Positions 1-12,017 of a DNA stretch of 64,000 nucleotides are shown here, in pieces. The notes under the pieces are model-generated. The model had not been told where the DNA came from and ran no database searches. It was given only the letters and a program-made list of their open reading frames with translations. Location: NCBI GenBank assembly GCA_951406725.2, contig OX597814.1, forward strand, positions 198,834,001 through 198,898,000, written 5' to 3'. The first letter of the stretch is position 1. Each line of letters starts with the position of its first letter. Made by a program: the position numbers and the translations under genes. The stretch is from Octopus vulgaris. Taxonomy: Eukaryota.

Positions 1-750
1 CTTTTGAAGGTGTTATATTTACTTTTAGATCGATAATAGGGGATTAAATAAGGGTTATCTGCCTTCATTCGCTTTGTATCGGTGCGTAAGTTATGTTTGT
101 TATCAATAATTCTTTTACGACTAGAAATCTTATCTACATTATTGAATTTACAATTAGACAGCAGAATCAATGTAGAAAATTTTTTCTGTATAACCTGCTT
201 TGATTAAGGCAGAGTTATAGAATTCAGCGTTATTATTGAAAATATCAACATTAACAGATAATTTAGATAATCTAAATGAAATATTCTTAACTAAATTCTT
301 AGTAATTGCTCCAGGATGATTACTAAATTTGCTAATGTACTTAAGATTGGTCAACGGTTTATGATATGGGAAGTAAGAGTCACTGTGTAAATTAAGCGTA
401 ATATCTAAAAAGTTGGCCTTCGTCAGATCGTCATCAAAAACGATTTTTAAGCCCATTCTACTGAAAAAATTAACTAAACTATTCTTAACTTTTTGTACCT
501 TTTGGTTGGAAACATTTTGGAGGTAAAGTAAACAATCATCACGATATAGACCTCCATAAATGTTAGGGAACTCTTCAGCCATTTCAAAAAGAATATATAT
601 ACAGACCAAATCAGCTATCTGTGCTGAATCAGAACTTCCCATTGGTATATCGAAACTATCTGGTGTGTCTTTACGGACCCACAACTTATCATCAAATTAA
701 TAATAGATCTTCTGGCTGCCAACACAACATTAATTTCTTTATAAACAAGG
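1..750 (-). mobile_element. Penelope-like element reverse transcriptase fragment (degenerate)
   Basis: ORF 154..684 has FDIPMGSSDSAQIADLV, GLYRDD, NFLDITLNL...YFPYHKP and YISKFSNHP, all PLE RT motifs. A frameshifted continuation upstream reads EINVVLAARRSII. Confidence 0.9.
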
Positions 751-769
751 AGTTACAACATCTTTACTT

Positions 770-1589
770 GTGAGATTTTTGCTGCCCTGGTAACTATTTA
801 TTTATTTTTCCGTGTTAATTGTTAACAAGGTAAAAATACGCTCATCTATTTATAATACTTTAATCAGGTTTATTAATAACCTGCTAACTGAATAGTTACA
901 GCATATGGAGTTATTGAATATTAACGCATCTCTTAAGGACATTCCTATTCCACCTAAGAATGTTTTCCTTAAACAACTCGTCAATAAGATTAATTCATTC
1001 ATCAACCGAATAAGATGGCTTACCTTTTTCTTTGACAAAAATGACACTCAACAACACACTAATGATAAAACATCTGAGTTCAACAAGTTATTTAAATCTA
1101 AAAATAGTCCGCCGCCTAACCCAAGGTTGAAGCAATTTGAAGATGATCTCTGGTCCATTGTGAGAAATGTAAAATTTCAACGATCACCACTAAGAAATAA
1201 ACATCTGAGGTATCTTCGCAACATCACCAAAGAAATCAATTCTATGGATATAGAATATTAATAGCGTTCTGTCTATCGCTATACAAATCCATCATTTTTT
1301 GCTAAAATGTCGTATTGACGAGTTTCGTTTTTTTCACTTTCCCGAAGAGAAGATTGCATTGTTTATACCATTTATTCTTTTGAATAGTATCAGTGGAATT
1401 TTCGAAACATGTGTCGAAAGTAAAAATACTTGTTTAAACCTGCGTTAACTCCATTTTTTATTCATATTATTCAAAATATTCAACGTAAACACGAAGTTTC
1501 AACCTTTATAAGTGAGATTTTTGCTGCCCTGGTAACTATTTATTTATTTTTCCGTGTTAATTGTTAACAAGGTAAAAATACACTCATCT
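770..1589 (+). mobile_element. Penelope-like element: ORF N-terminus between partial pseudo-LTR direct repeats
   Basis: ORF 905..1261 (SLKDIPIPPKNVFLKQLVNKINSFINRIRW..FF) resembles PLE N-termini. A 78-bp direct repeat lies at 770-847 and 1512-1589, and an HHR lies at 1336-1421. Confidence 0.8.
1336..1421 (+). ncRNA. Type I hammerhead ribozyme motif (CCGAAGA core variant)
   Basis: ACTTTC-CCGAAGA-GAAGATT...AATTTTC-GAAA-C-ATGT-G-TC-GAAAGT; stems I and II pair, with a GUC cleavage triplet. Confidence 0.75.
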
Positions 1590-1659
1590 CTCTCTTTCTA
1601 TCTCTCTCTCTATATATATATATATACATTAGAAGGTTTGGAGATGATGTACAGGTATC

Positions 1660-1920
1660 ATATATTAGAAGAAATGAGGTACTTATAAATCTGGATGGTT
1701 TTATATTCACAGATATTTATTAGTATGTTACATGTTTTTATAAATCATATATTAGCACTTTCATCCACTCTAGTGGAGTTGACAAATTTGACAACTCCAC
1801 TAGAGTAGACGAAAGCGCTAATATATGATATATGATTTATAAAAACATGTAACATACTAATAAATTTCTGTAAATATAAAACCACCAAGATTTCTGAGTA
1901 CCTCATTTCTTCTAATATAT
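1660..1920. repeat. Near-perfect fold-back palindrome of a decayed HHR/pseudo-LTR unit
   Basis: Arms mirror about CAAA|TTTG at 1786/1787. The right arm reads TTGACAA-CTCCACTAGAGTAGAC-GAAA-GCGC-TA-ATAT. Confidence 0.8.
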
Positions 1921-2400
1921 ATATATAGAAAACTGGGAATGTCTGTCTGTTTGTCTGTCTGTCTGTGTGAATCTCTAAAACTTGAGAACTACACAACCGA
2001 TTTCATTCAAATTTTACACGTGCCTTACTTAGAGTCCAGGGAGTGTCATAGGTAAAAAATGTTTAACTTCTTGCCTAAGGCGAGCCCACAGCAATATCAT
2101 ATCTTCTCCACTATGAATCCCTATAACTTGAGAATTACACAACCAATTTCATTCAAATTTTACACATGCCTTACTTAGGGTCCATGTAGGGTCATGGGCA
2201 AAAAACTTCTTGCCTAGGGCGAGCCCACAAAAATATCATATCTTCTCCACTATTTCAGTATTACGTGTTAAAAGTGAAACAAAAACATCTCTCTATTGTA
2301 ATGTCAGATACTTTCACTTTAATACTGAAACTGGGATGAACCATTAATAGTGGACATCCATTTTGCTAGAAGAAGATCCGCTACACCACTGGTTTGCAAT
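1920..2400 (+). mobile_element. Helitron/HINE-like non-autonomous repeat with internal duplication
   Basis: TA-rich start, (TCTG)n, then aactacacaaccgatttcattcaaattttacac. A ~135-bp block is duplicated (~1980-2113 and ~2126-2253). Confidence 0.5.
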
Positions 2401-2583
2401 TTATATTAATCAAATTAATATTCAATTTCTCACCCTTATTATTTTAAATTTAAATTTAAACCAGGACCATGTGTTTTGGAACGAAGTTTGTTACCACACA
2501 GCCACACCTGCACCTATGTATGTATGTGTGTATAGCTGTATATGTATACATTTATTTCTATACATATAGATGTATATGTATAC

Positions 2584-2638
<55 letters not shown>

Positions 2639-2712
2639 ATATGTACACATATATATATGGGTGTATATACATGCATACATATATACACCCATACACACAT
2701 ACACACACACAC

Positions 2713-3088
2713 AGGTGCAGGTGTGGCTGTGTGGTAACAAACTTCGTTCCAAAACATATGATCTTCAGTTCAGTCCCACTGTGTGGTGACTTGGCATGTG
2801 TCTTCTGCCATAGCCTCAGACTAACCAATGCCTTGTCATTGGATTTTGTAGACATAAACTGAAAGAAACCAATCGTATCTATATGTATGTATATATGTAA
2901 GCCTGTGTGTGTGTCTTTGTGTTTCTCCCTCATCACTGCCTAACAACTGGTCTTCGTTTATTTACATCCCCATAACTTACTGGTTTCACAAGAAGAAACT
3001 GATAGAATAAGTACCAGGCTTATCAAAATAAAAAAAAAAACACTAGGCAGTATCTCATATTTTTGTTTGTCCACACAATTTATCTGTT

Positions 3089-3155
<67 letters not shown>

Positions 3156-3400
3156 AAACAAACACACACACATATATATAGAGATTTCGTAGACAGAAAC
3201 ATATATTTAAGTGTATGTGTGTGACTTTATTTCTGTGTTTCACCCTCATCACTGCTTCACAACTGCTGTTCGTTTATTTACAACCCCATAACTTACTGGT
3301 TTCACAAGAATAAAATAATAGAATAAGTACCAGGCTTATCAACATAAAAAAGCACTAAGCTGTGTCTCATATTTTTGTTTGCCCACTCAGTTGTATCTAT
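2713..3400 (+). mobile_element. tRNA-derived SINE, central-microsatellite family, with duplicated 3' part
   Basis: Head ggtgcaggtgtggctgtgtggtaa...agttcagtccc. The 3' segment occurs twice (~2900-3090 and ~3215-3400). Confidence 0.75.
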
Positions 3401-3411
3401 TAATTTATCTT

Positions 3412-3460
<49 letters not shown>

Positions 3461-3519
3461 GCACGCACGCACATAAATATATATATATATACATGTATGT
3501 ATATGTGTACATTCATATT

Positions 3520-4160
3520 TATTATATCAAAGACAATGTCTTTATGTGTTCGTGTATTACTTATACATTCGAAAACTGCTACACTGATCATAATGAAATT
3601 TGGAACACAAAATCGAAGCCCAGGGAGAAGGGTAATGCTGTGTGTTTCATACAATTTCATGGACAAAAATTTCTGAATGGATCCTTATGATATTTGAAAT
3701 TTAGATTCAATGCATAAGGGCAGGTATAATGCAATATTTTTTGTTTGAATTTCGGATGGCTTAAAGGGGGCAGAACTCCCCATGAAAATTCATAAATTTC
3801 CGATGTTGATAAAATTTCAACCATGGGTAATTGACACACATCAAGAAGTATTCTCAAAGTTTCCACTTCACATGAGGATTCTAAGACACCCTAATGGGGC
3901 CTTAACTCCCAAATTTTAGTCATTTCTTTTATGATCCAAAATTAAATCAAAAGTACTCAATGGATCTTTACGAAATTTGGAAATTATATTCTATGCATAA
4001 GGGTCATAACCCCCAGGACAATTCATATATTTTTGCTGTTGAGGAAATTTTAACCATAGATATTAGATACAAATGAAGTAATATTTATAAAATTTCATCT
4101 TCTTACAAGTTAGAAAGTCCCCACCATGGGGACTTAACACCCACAATTTTGTCATTTCAT
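3520..4160 (+). mobile_element. Helitron/HINE-like repeat with ~285-bp internal duplication
   Basis: aaaactgctacactgatcataatgaaatttggaacac motif; aatggatc...tgcataaggg recurs at ~3676 and ~3959. Confidence 0.4.
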
Positions 4161-4419
4161 CTAAGCAAAGACGAATAGTTGTACTCTTGGAAGCTGTGGG
4201 GTCATCCGAGCATAGAAAATGCTCATTATTTGTAATTCAATGGTACAACAGTGTAAGAGTTTGCTTTGACATACACTTAGATTGTGATTTCTGCAATGTG
4301 CTGCATAAATTGTCAAGTAAATGAGAGGCATCTTTATAACCTAAGAATGACAAGCTAAACTACAATATTTCCGTTTTAAAATCACTATATTGCGAATAAA
4401 TACATCATAAAGAATTATA

Positions 4420-4640
4420 TGATAAGTAACTACATCGTAAATAGCTATATCTTAAATAGCTATGTCATAAGTAAATATATCGGAAATAACTATATTTAAC
4501 TGTCGTAAATAACTATATCGTACATAGCTCTGTCGTAAATTACTAATACGAACTCTATCGTAAATTACTATATCGTACATAACAATATACTGCATAAGTT
4601 TATTGCAAACTACGTCGTACATAGCTATATCGTACTAAGT
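4420..4640. repeat. Degenerate ~19-bp tandem repeat (TAACTATATCGTAAA-like)
   Basis: Repeated variants of (t)aactatatcgta(a/c)ata. Confidence 0.6.
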
Positions 4641-4958
4641 TGATACCGGAAGTATCTCGAACGGAAATTGTTTATAGAATCATTAGTGAGATATATATGT
4701 GAAAATGTTTCAACTCTATATTAGAACTATGTATTGGCAACTTCTGCAATATTACATATTGCAGGAAAGCAATATATAATAATGAATTGACAAAACATGC
4801 ATTTCAGATAATAATTTTCTATAATGGACGCATTTCTATTTTTTTCTCGGAGAGAAAACACACAGTCTAAGTTACTATCAAATATCTTGCCTTGAGCCTT
4901 GAGCAGACAATATCTCGGAAAGAAATATGTCATTTAATTTTGCAGAGCATTAAAATTA

Positions 4959-5524
4959 TTGGGTTGTCCGGAAAGTTCGTGCCGATTTATAGTAGCTTAC
5001 CTTTCGACTTATTTTAGAACATGGTTGAGTCCATAAAATAGGATATGACCACACCTCCATTTAGAGCAGTGTTTAAGCTATCTTTTCGTGGAAGAAGGTT
5101 TATGTTCCTATAACCTGTGTTAATTCTGTAACCCTTTAAAATGGAAGATAAGAAAGTTCGTTTTCGGCACTTGATGCTTTGGGAACCAGACAAAAATTGC
5201 TGCAGCTCGGCTGGGATGTGTTACCCCACCCTCCATATTCACCAGATATTGCTCCTTCGGATTTCCACTTATTCAGGTCTCTGCAGAATAGTCTTAATGG
5301 TAAAACTTTCACTTCCTTGGATAACGTAAAAAGATATCTTGATGAATTCTTTGCCATGAAACCACCGCGATTCTGGGAAGAGGGTATTTTCAAGTTAAAA
5401 GAAAGATAGAGATGCATTGTGCAACAAAATGTTTCATATGTGGTTGATTAAAATTGTAATGGCAAGTAGTTATTGACCTTTTTCTTTTCTTTCAAAATCG
5501 GCATGAACTTTCCGGACAACCCAA
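4959..5524 (+). mobile_element. Internally deleted mariner transposon with both TIRs and TA target duplication
   Basis: TIR ttgggttgtccggaaagttcgtgccgattt and its reverse complement, with TA on both sides. The N-terminus MEDKKVRFRHLMLWE is joined to the C-terminus LPHPPYSPDIAPSDFHLF. Confidence 0.93.
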
Positions 5525-6288
5525 TATTTACAATAAGCTTTTAAACTGTTTTCAATGAAAATGTTATAGACTGTCAGACAGGAAGCCAAGCAATATTCCC
5601 TATGGTAAATGTACATTTGCACAAGCAGTAAATTTCCCCTCAAACTTATATATTACAAAATTATATATTGCAAAATCTATTCCCCGCAAACTTTATATGA
5701 TGCCCTATAATACATCATATCCACATACTCCTCTCTGGATATAAGATTTTTATGTTCATTGCTGATAATATCATAAAACGTTTATTAGGTTGTAATGACT
5801 TTGGAAAGAATGTAAAAATGTTTTAATTACCAATCACATTTTTTATAGCTACAATTGACAGGAAATTGCATAAAAAATAATCCAGATTTAATAGTTTTGG
5901 GGTTGCAGGTTTTAAATAGCCCGACGATACAATATGTTGTCTCTAAATACTTTTGAGGCCATTGCTTCAACGATACATAAATACGCACACTTAAACCTAC
6001 CTACCTACCTACCTACCTACACATATACATATATAAAAATATATTTATAATAAATTCCAGGGAAGCAAAAAAAATTTAGAAACTTTTCACTACCAGTGGT
6101 CTAGCGACAAGAAAAAAGCTAGTCAATAGACTATATATTATTCATATAAAAATTCAGTGAACATTTAAATACATAAGAGATGGCCATAACAGGAGTAGTT
6201 AAACTATAGAAGGAGTAGTTAAACTACAAACCACTATTAGGGGTAATTTCGAAAGGGAATGAAAAATAAAAGCATTTACCCTCTATTT

Positions 6289-6321
6289 CCTGTACCATGG
6301 TTTCAAGCTGTCTTCAGCAAA
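6289..6321 (-). ncRNA. Minimal type I hammerhead ribozyme motif
   Basis: Minus strand TTTG-CTGAAGA-CAGCTT-GAAA-CCATGG-TA-CAGG: canonical core, palindromic stem III, vestigial stem II. Confidence 0.6.
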
Positions 6322-6809
6322 TAAAATATAATGTCCTGTTATGTGTTTAGATTATACATAAAAATATATGTATATATAGAGAGAAAGAAGAAGAGAGAGA
6401 GGGAGAGAGACATAAATAGATAGATAGATACATAGGTAAATAGACAGAGATACACATATAGTGTATGTACAAATAGATGTACAAATAGATGTACATGCAA
6501 AATATCACAAGTATTAGTAGTTATGAAACTGAGCAAATGTGGGAGAAATTAGGATAAAAAAAGCAAGTTGATAATATTTATTCCTTTGTTCCTTTCACCA
6601 TTATGATTATTTAGCACTTTGCATTGATTTTTCCAAGTGCAATTGGGTGTTTAACCACAGGGGATATCTACGGAACACTTTATTGCTTTATGAAGGAAAT
6701 ATATTATCCGCTAACTTCACTTGATGGCCTATAATACATCTATAACATCTCACTCAATGTATGTATGTATGTATGTATCTACCTATCTATCTGTCTCACA
6801 CTATATATA

Positions 6810-7165
6810 TCCTTTCTACTATAGGCGCAAGGCCTGAAATTTGAGGGAAGGGGGCTAGTCGATATCATTGACTCCAGTGCGTAACTAGTACTTATTTAAT
6901 CGACACCGAAAGGATGAAAGGCAAAGTTGACCCCGGCCGAATTTGGACTCAGAACGTAGCGGCAGACGAAATACCGCTAAGCATTTCGTCTGGTGTGCTA
7001 AAGATTGTTATTTCTTTATTGACCACAAGGGGCTAAACATAGAGGGGACAAACAAAGACAGATAAAGGTGTTTAGACGATTACATCGATCCCAGTGCGTA
7101 ACTGGTACTTAATTTATCGACCCCGAAAGGATGAAAAGCAAAGTCGTGCCAGCTCACCGCCTTAC
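6810..7165 (-). mobile_element. tRNA-derived SINE copies (AAGGCGGCGAGCTGGC family)
   Basis: Matches copies at 9820, 14113, 15225 and 43306 (aaggatgaaaggcaaagt, cagtgcgtaactggtac). Confidence 0.85.
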
Positions 7166-7618
7166 CTCTCTCAATATATATATATATAAGAGATAATGGT
7201 GTCATTGAGACCCAAAGTTGCCAGGTAATGCTGAATAAGTGCTATAGATGGACCATAGTTAAGTTCCAGATTAGGGAGTATTGTGAATAAAGGGTTCAAC
7301 GTTGGTTCTATGTCAGCGTGTGTGTCATTTTAAACACAAACCTTTGACTCTGCAACACTGTATATAAATTCTCTACTGGGAATGACCAAGTTTAAAAAAT
7401 TGCTGTATCTCACTCATAAGGGAATCTTACATTGCTTATAAACTCTATATTTGGAAGGACTCATATTCAACTCTGTTGGACCTTTGGATTCTACTCATAG
7501 GATATTGGAATATTGCATATATACCCATACATATCTTACATCTATTTTCTTTCCTCCACCTCACTCTCTATTTTGTATCACATCTAAACTAAATATGACT
7601 TAGTTTTCCTCTCACACC

Positions 7619-7670
7619 GTCTCCGATGAAAGGATATTATTAATAAATATCCTAGAAACAGCTGTAAGAC
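7619..7670 (+). ncRNA. Type I hammerhead ribozyme motif (CCGATGA core variant)
   Basis: GTCT-CCGATGA-A-AGGATATT..AATATCCT-A-GAAA-CAGCTG-TA-AGAC; the unit ends in (TA)n near 7757. Confidence 0.8.
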
Positions 7671-7942
7671 ATATCTATAAATGCTCTAATATCTATACAG
7701 CCTTGGTTTTTTATCTCATTACGCGAAAACTTCTTATTTATATAGGTAGTACAGGCCTATATATATATATATGTATGTACATATATATATGTTTATGTGT
7801 GTGTGTATATATGTATGTATGTTTGTGTGTATATATATATATATAACGGGAAGGTTTACGAAAATAAACAAAAGACGAAGGCAGGTGGAATACAAACAAA
7901 CAATTGTATTAGTATGGCTCTCAGGAATAGAAATAAAACAAG

Positions 7943-7980
7943 TCTTTTACGTTTCGAGCCTACGCTCTTCGACAGAAAGA
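7943..7980 (-). ncRNA. Type I hammerhead motif with A6U core change, in a ~200-bp (TA)n-tailed unit (7846-8040)
   Basis: Minus strand TCTTT-CTGTCGA-A-GAGC-GTAG-GCTC-GAAA-CG-TA-AAAGA. Confidence 0.7.
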
Positions 7981-8689
7981 TACACAGAAAAGAAACAAGG
8001 AAAGAAACAAGGAGAGAAAAAAATGCGTGTAGGAGCTAACGATCCAACATGTGTTTAAACTGGTACTTGTTTATCCTCTACGTAAAAGTGAACAGTAATG
8101 TTCACCAAAACAGGATTGAACTCAGCACCCCTAGTAGACTGTAAAAATCAGCTTCTACCGATTCTGTACCTCTGACATCCGCAAATATAAATGAATATGT
8201 ATTTGATTTAAGTTTCAAATATTTTATAGTTTCAGCTTTATTTATAAACTGTCGATGTAAACATAACGCCATTAAAGAGAAAGCTATAGCTGATGGCGAT
8301 AGCTGCTCCGACGCTAATTATAAAAATTCTTGAATTCATTCGGAGAATGATTGTGAAACATTCAGGCGATATTATAAGAATTAATGTCTAACATATCAAA
8401 CAGATTGTATCATAAAATAGTAATAAATCCATAAATCTACTTAATTAATGTTTTAACATGGTATACTATGAATCTGGATTATGTAAAATTATGTCTTTGA
8501 TTAGTATTATGATTGTAATATTATGACCCGACCGTCTCCGTGCTCAGGCTGTTGTTGAAGATTAGGTACAGTTCAACTCAGTTCGAAAAAGCTTCTGATC
8601 ACAAGCACTTCAACTCGTGATTATCTCGTTTCGTATTAACATTTCGTACATCAAACACTACATTATCGAGCGTCGATATTTTTATAAGA

Positions 8690-9081
8690 GTGGAGGCGCA
8701 ATGGCCCAGTGGTTAGGGCAGCGGACTCGCGGTCATAGGATCGCGGTTTCGATTCCCAGACCGGGCGTTGTGAGTGTTTATTGAGCGAAAACACCTAAAA
8801 AGCTCCACGAGGCTCCGGCAGGGGATGGTGGTGATCCCTGCTGTACTCTTTCACCACAACTTTCTCTCACTCTTACTTCCTGTTTCTGTTGTACCTGTAT
8901 TTCAAGACGCCGGCCTTGTCACTCTCTGTGTCACGCTGAATATCCCCGAGAACTACGTTAAGGGTGCACGTGTCTGTGGAATGCTCAGCCACTTACACGT
9001 TAATTTCACGAGCAGGCTGTTCCGTTGATTCGGATCAACGGGAACACTCATCGTCGTAACCGACGGAGTGCTTCCATTCCC
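8690..9081 (+). mobile_element. Full-length tRNA-derived SINE with 12-bp TSD
   Basis: A box tggcccagtgg and B box gtttcgattccc; TSD atttttataaga at 8678-8689 and 9082-9093. Confidence 0.92.
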
Positions 9082-9358
9082 ATTTTTATAAGACTATTAG
9101 TTATGATTTAAAACTGATATGGTTGCTGTTGCTAGTAAGTTTAGCGACTTTGAAGTAGCAGTCTCGGGTTCTATTCAGAAAGGGAGAATATATTTACTAA
9201 CCATATTAATATGATTATTTGTGTTTCTTCTACTCACGATGGAGAAACCGCTATATGAATCTAGTCGAGAGGTTCTCAGACTTTTTGGGCCACCTCATTG
9301 CCATATAGCCATATAATACCCTCAGTGTCCACCACCCCTATTTTGATGTATAAATAAA

Positions 9359-9754
9359 TCTTTATATATAAAAGTCAAGTTTCGTGTCTGTCTCCTACAA
9401 TTTAGATTCCTAACTACTCCCACATTTTGCGGTGCAGTGTAACCAAAAGCGGGTATCTTATAGTCGTGATTCATATCAAGCCCTTCTGGGTATTAGCGCG
9501 CGTCTACGATGAGTCTACGATTTAAAAAGAAATTTACCATCATTTTTCCGTATTTTTAATGCATTTTCGCTCGGTTTATATGAGGGAAGTAACTCTCTAA
9601 AAATGTATTATTAAATCTCAGAACGTAAAAAGCTACAGTAACACCCACCTTTGTGGTTAGCCATATTGAGATGGCTATTATACTTTACATCTCTAAAAAT
9701 GCTGATATAGTTATTTCCCTTACAAACCCGAGCAATACCGGGCGATACTGCTAG
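9359..9754 (+). mobile_element. Complete non-autonomous Helitron
   Basis: 5' TC start, 3' hairpin cccg-agcaatac-cggg followed by CTAG, inserted between A and T. Confidence 0.85.
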
Positions 9755-9814
9755 TATTTTATATTTTACTAATTTATGTATACAATAAATCATTTGATAT
9801 TTAATATAATATTC

Positions 9815-10049
9815 ATTTTTCTTTATTGCGCACAAGGGGCTAAACATAGAGGGAACAAACAAAGACAGACAAAAGGATTAAGTCGATTACATCGACCCCT
9901 GGGCGCAACTGGTACTTTATTTATCGACCCCGAAAGGATGAAAGGCAAAGTCGACCTCGGCGGAATTTGAACTCACAACGTAACCGCAGACGAAATTACG
10001 GCTACGCATTTCGCCCGGCGTGCTAACGATTCTGCCAGCTCGCCGCCTT
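9815..10049 (-). mobile_element. tRNA-derived SINE monomer (AAGGCGGCGAGCTGGC family)
   Basis: Complete head and body, flanked by atatttaatata on both sides. Confidence 0.9.
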
Positions 10050-10079
10050 AATATTTAATATAATATTATATACTCTTCA

Positions 10080-10470
10080 CTCTCCTTACCCTTTTACTTG
10101 TTTCAGTCATTTGACTGTGACCATGCTGGAGCACCGCCTCCAGTCGAGAAAAACGACCCCAGGACTTATTCTTTGTAAGCCTAGTACTTATTCTATCGGT
10201 CTCTTTTGTCGAATCTCTAAGTTACGGGGACGTAAACACAACAGCATCGGTTGTCAAGCGATGTTGGGGGGGGGGGAACACAGACACACAAACATATACA
10301 TATATACGACGGGCTTCTTTCAGGTTCCGTCTACCAAATCCACCCAAAAAGGTTTTGGTCGACCCGAGGCTATAGTAGAAGACACTTGCGCAAGGTGCCA
10401 CGCAGTGGGACTGAACTCGGAAGCATGTGGTTGGTAAGCAAGCTACTTACCACACAGCCATTCCTGCGCC
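10080..10470 (-). mobile_element. tRNA-derived SINE, central-microsatellite family
   Basis: tttcagtcatttgactg tail and ccacacagcca head; similar to the 53256 copy. Confidence 0.9.
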
Positions 10471-10873
10471 GAAAATTAGTAGTTAATTATTCAAAATAAG
10501 GATCCACATGAAAAACGATTATCACCATCATCATCGCCGTGGTCGTCGTCATCACATCATATATCCACTGCTCTTCACTAGTTGAACTCCATGGATCGCC
10601 TGCTGTTTAGCCTTTCTTTCGTTGCTTTTAGACATTCACTGTAGTTTCATGTCTGTCCGATTCTCGATATCATCAGTCGAAGAAATTGGACTGATGATAT
10701 CTGTTTTGCTGTCTTTTAATTGTTATTTTGAACGATATTCTTCCCGCTTTTTAAGCGTTCAAAGTATTTTAGTATTTTATCTCGTTGATAGTATCTCATA
10801 ATAGTTTCTTAGTTTTTGCTTATCGTTTATATATTTTATACCGAGAACATAAAAAAAAACATAATTAGAAATA

Positions 10874-11099
10874 GGAGAATATTGTAGTTCGCTTGAAGTA
10901 TTGTGTATTGTTTGTAAAATATAACGTGTCTTGAATGGCACAACAATGTAGAATGGACTACGCCATCAGAAAAATCATACACTATCTACACCACCAATTC
11001 CATGAGCCTTTAAAATATTATTATAGTATTGTTGTGCCATTCAAGACACGTTATATTTTACAAAGAATACACAATGCTTCAAGCAAACTGCAATACTCC
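10874..11099. repeat. Inverted repeat, ~73-bp arms, ~80-bp spacer
   Basis: 10874-10947 is the reverse complement of 11028-11099. Confidence 0.85.
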
Positions 11100-11196
11100 C
11101 CTGTCTCTATGCCTGGGCTAGTGCCTTCTACTACAGCCTCGGTCACAGCAATGCCTTGTGATAGGATTTAGTAGACGGAAACCGAAAAAAGCCAGT

Positions 11197-11250
<54 letters not shown>

Positions 11251-11312
11251 CTTTTGTTAACTCTCCAACTCCCAAGAAATTGGTTGAGTACCCTTCTTTC
11301 GTTTGTCCACTC

Positions 11313-11351
<39 letters not shown>

Positions 11352-11519
11352 AATTGAGATAGGGGTTGTGAATGCAACCCTCCATGGGATAACATATATC
11401 CAATATACTGCTAGTGAAGTACCCAACAAGGTTAATACATAAATGTTAAGGATTGCGATGCAATCAATTCATTTACTGTATTATATGGGCAAAGGTAAAA
11501 TGTTTACCACAAATTCATA

Positions 11520-11963
11520 ATACAAAATAAGAAAATGGAGAAATACATCTAAATCAAATATCAATTACCAGACAAAACTCAATCACATACTTTATTGAAC
11601 CACCACATAAGAAACTGTAGCGTTAAACATAAAAAAGTAGAACAAAACAGTGTGACCTACCATAAAAGGCTAATATGAGTAAAATGAGACATACTTATCT
11701 GCATGGCCGAAACAGCTGTAAGATGTAATCTATATTTATATTTACTTATATTTATATTCTCTTATATATAATCTACCTATTGTATAACATTACTCTTTTA
11801 TGCACACTTTTTTTACGTATACTCCTTTTTGTACACTGTTTTGCTCTACTTTTTTATGTTTAACCCAACAGTTTCTTATGTGGTGGTTAAATAAAGTATG
11901 TGATTGAGTTTTGTCTGGTAATTGATATTTGATTTAGATGTATTTCTCCATTTTCTTATTTTG

Positions 11964-11965
<2 letters not shown>
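11520..11965. repeat. Inverted pseudo-LTR-like repeat enclosing a 3'-half hammerhead
   Basis: 11520-11653 is the reverse complement of 11833-11965; the spacer contains GGCC-GAAA-CAGCTG-TA-AGATG. Confidence 0.8.

Positions 11966-11989
<24 letters not shown>

Positions 11990-12017
<28 letters not shown>

Noticed and set aside
8690-8765. Functional tRNA gene
   Set aside because: It is the head of a SINE with a body and TSD, and the cloverleaf is imperfect.
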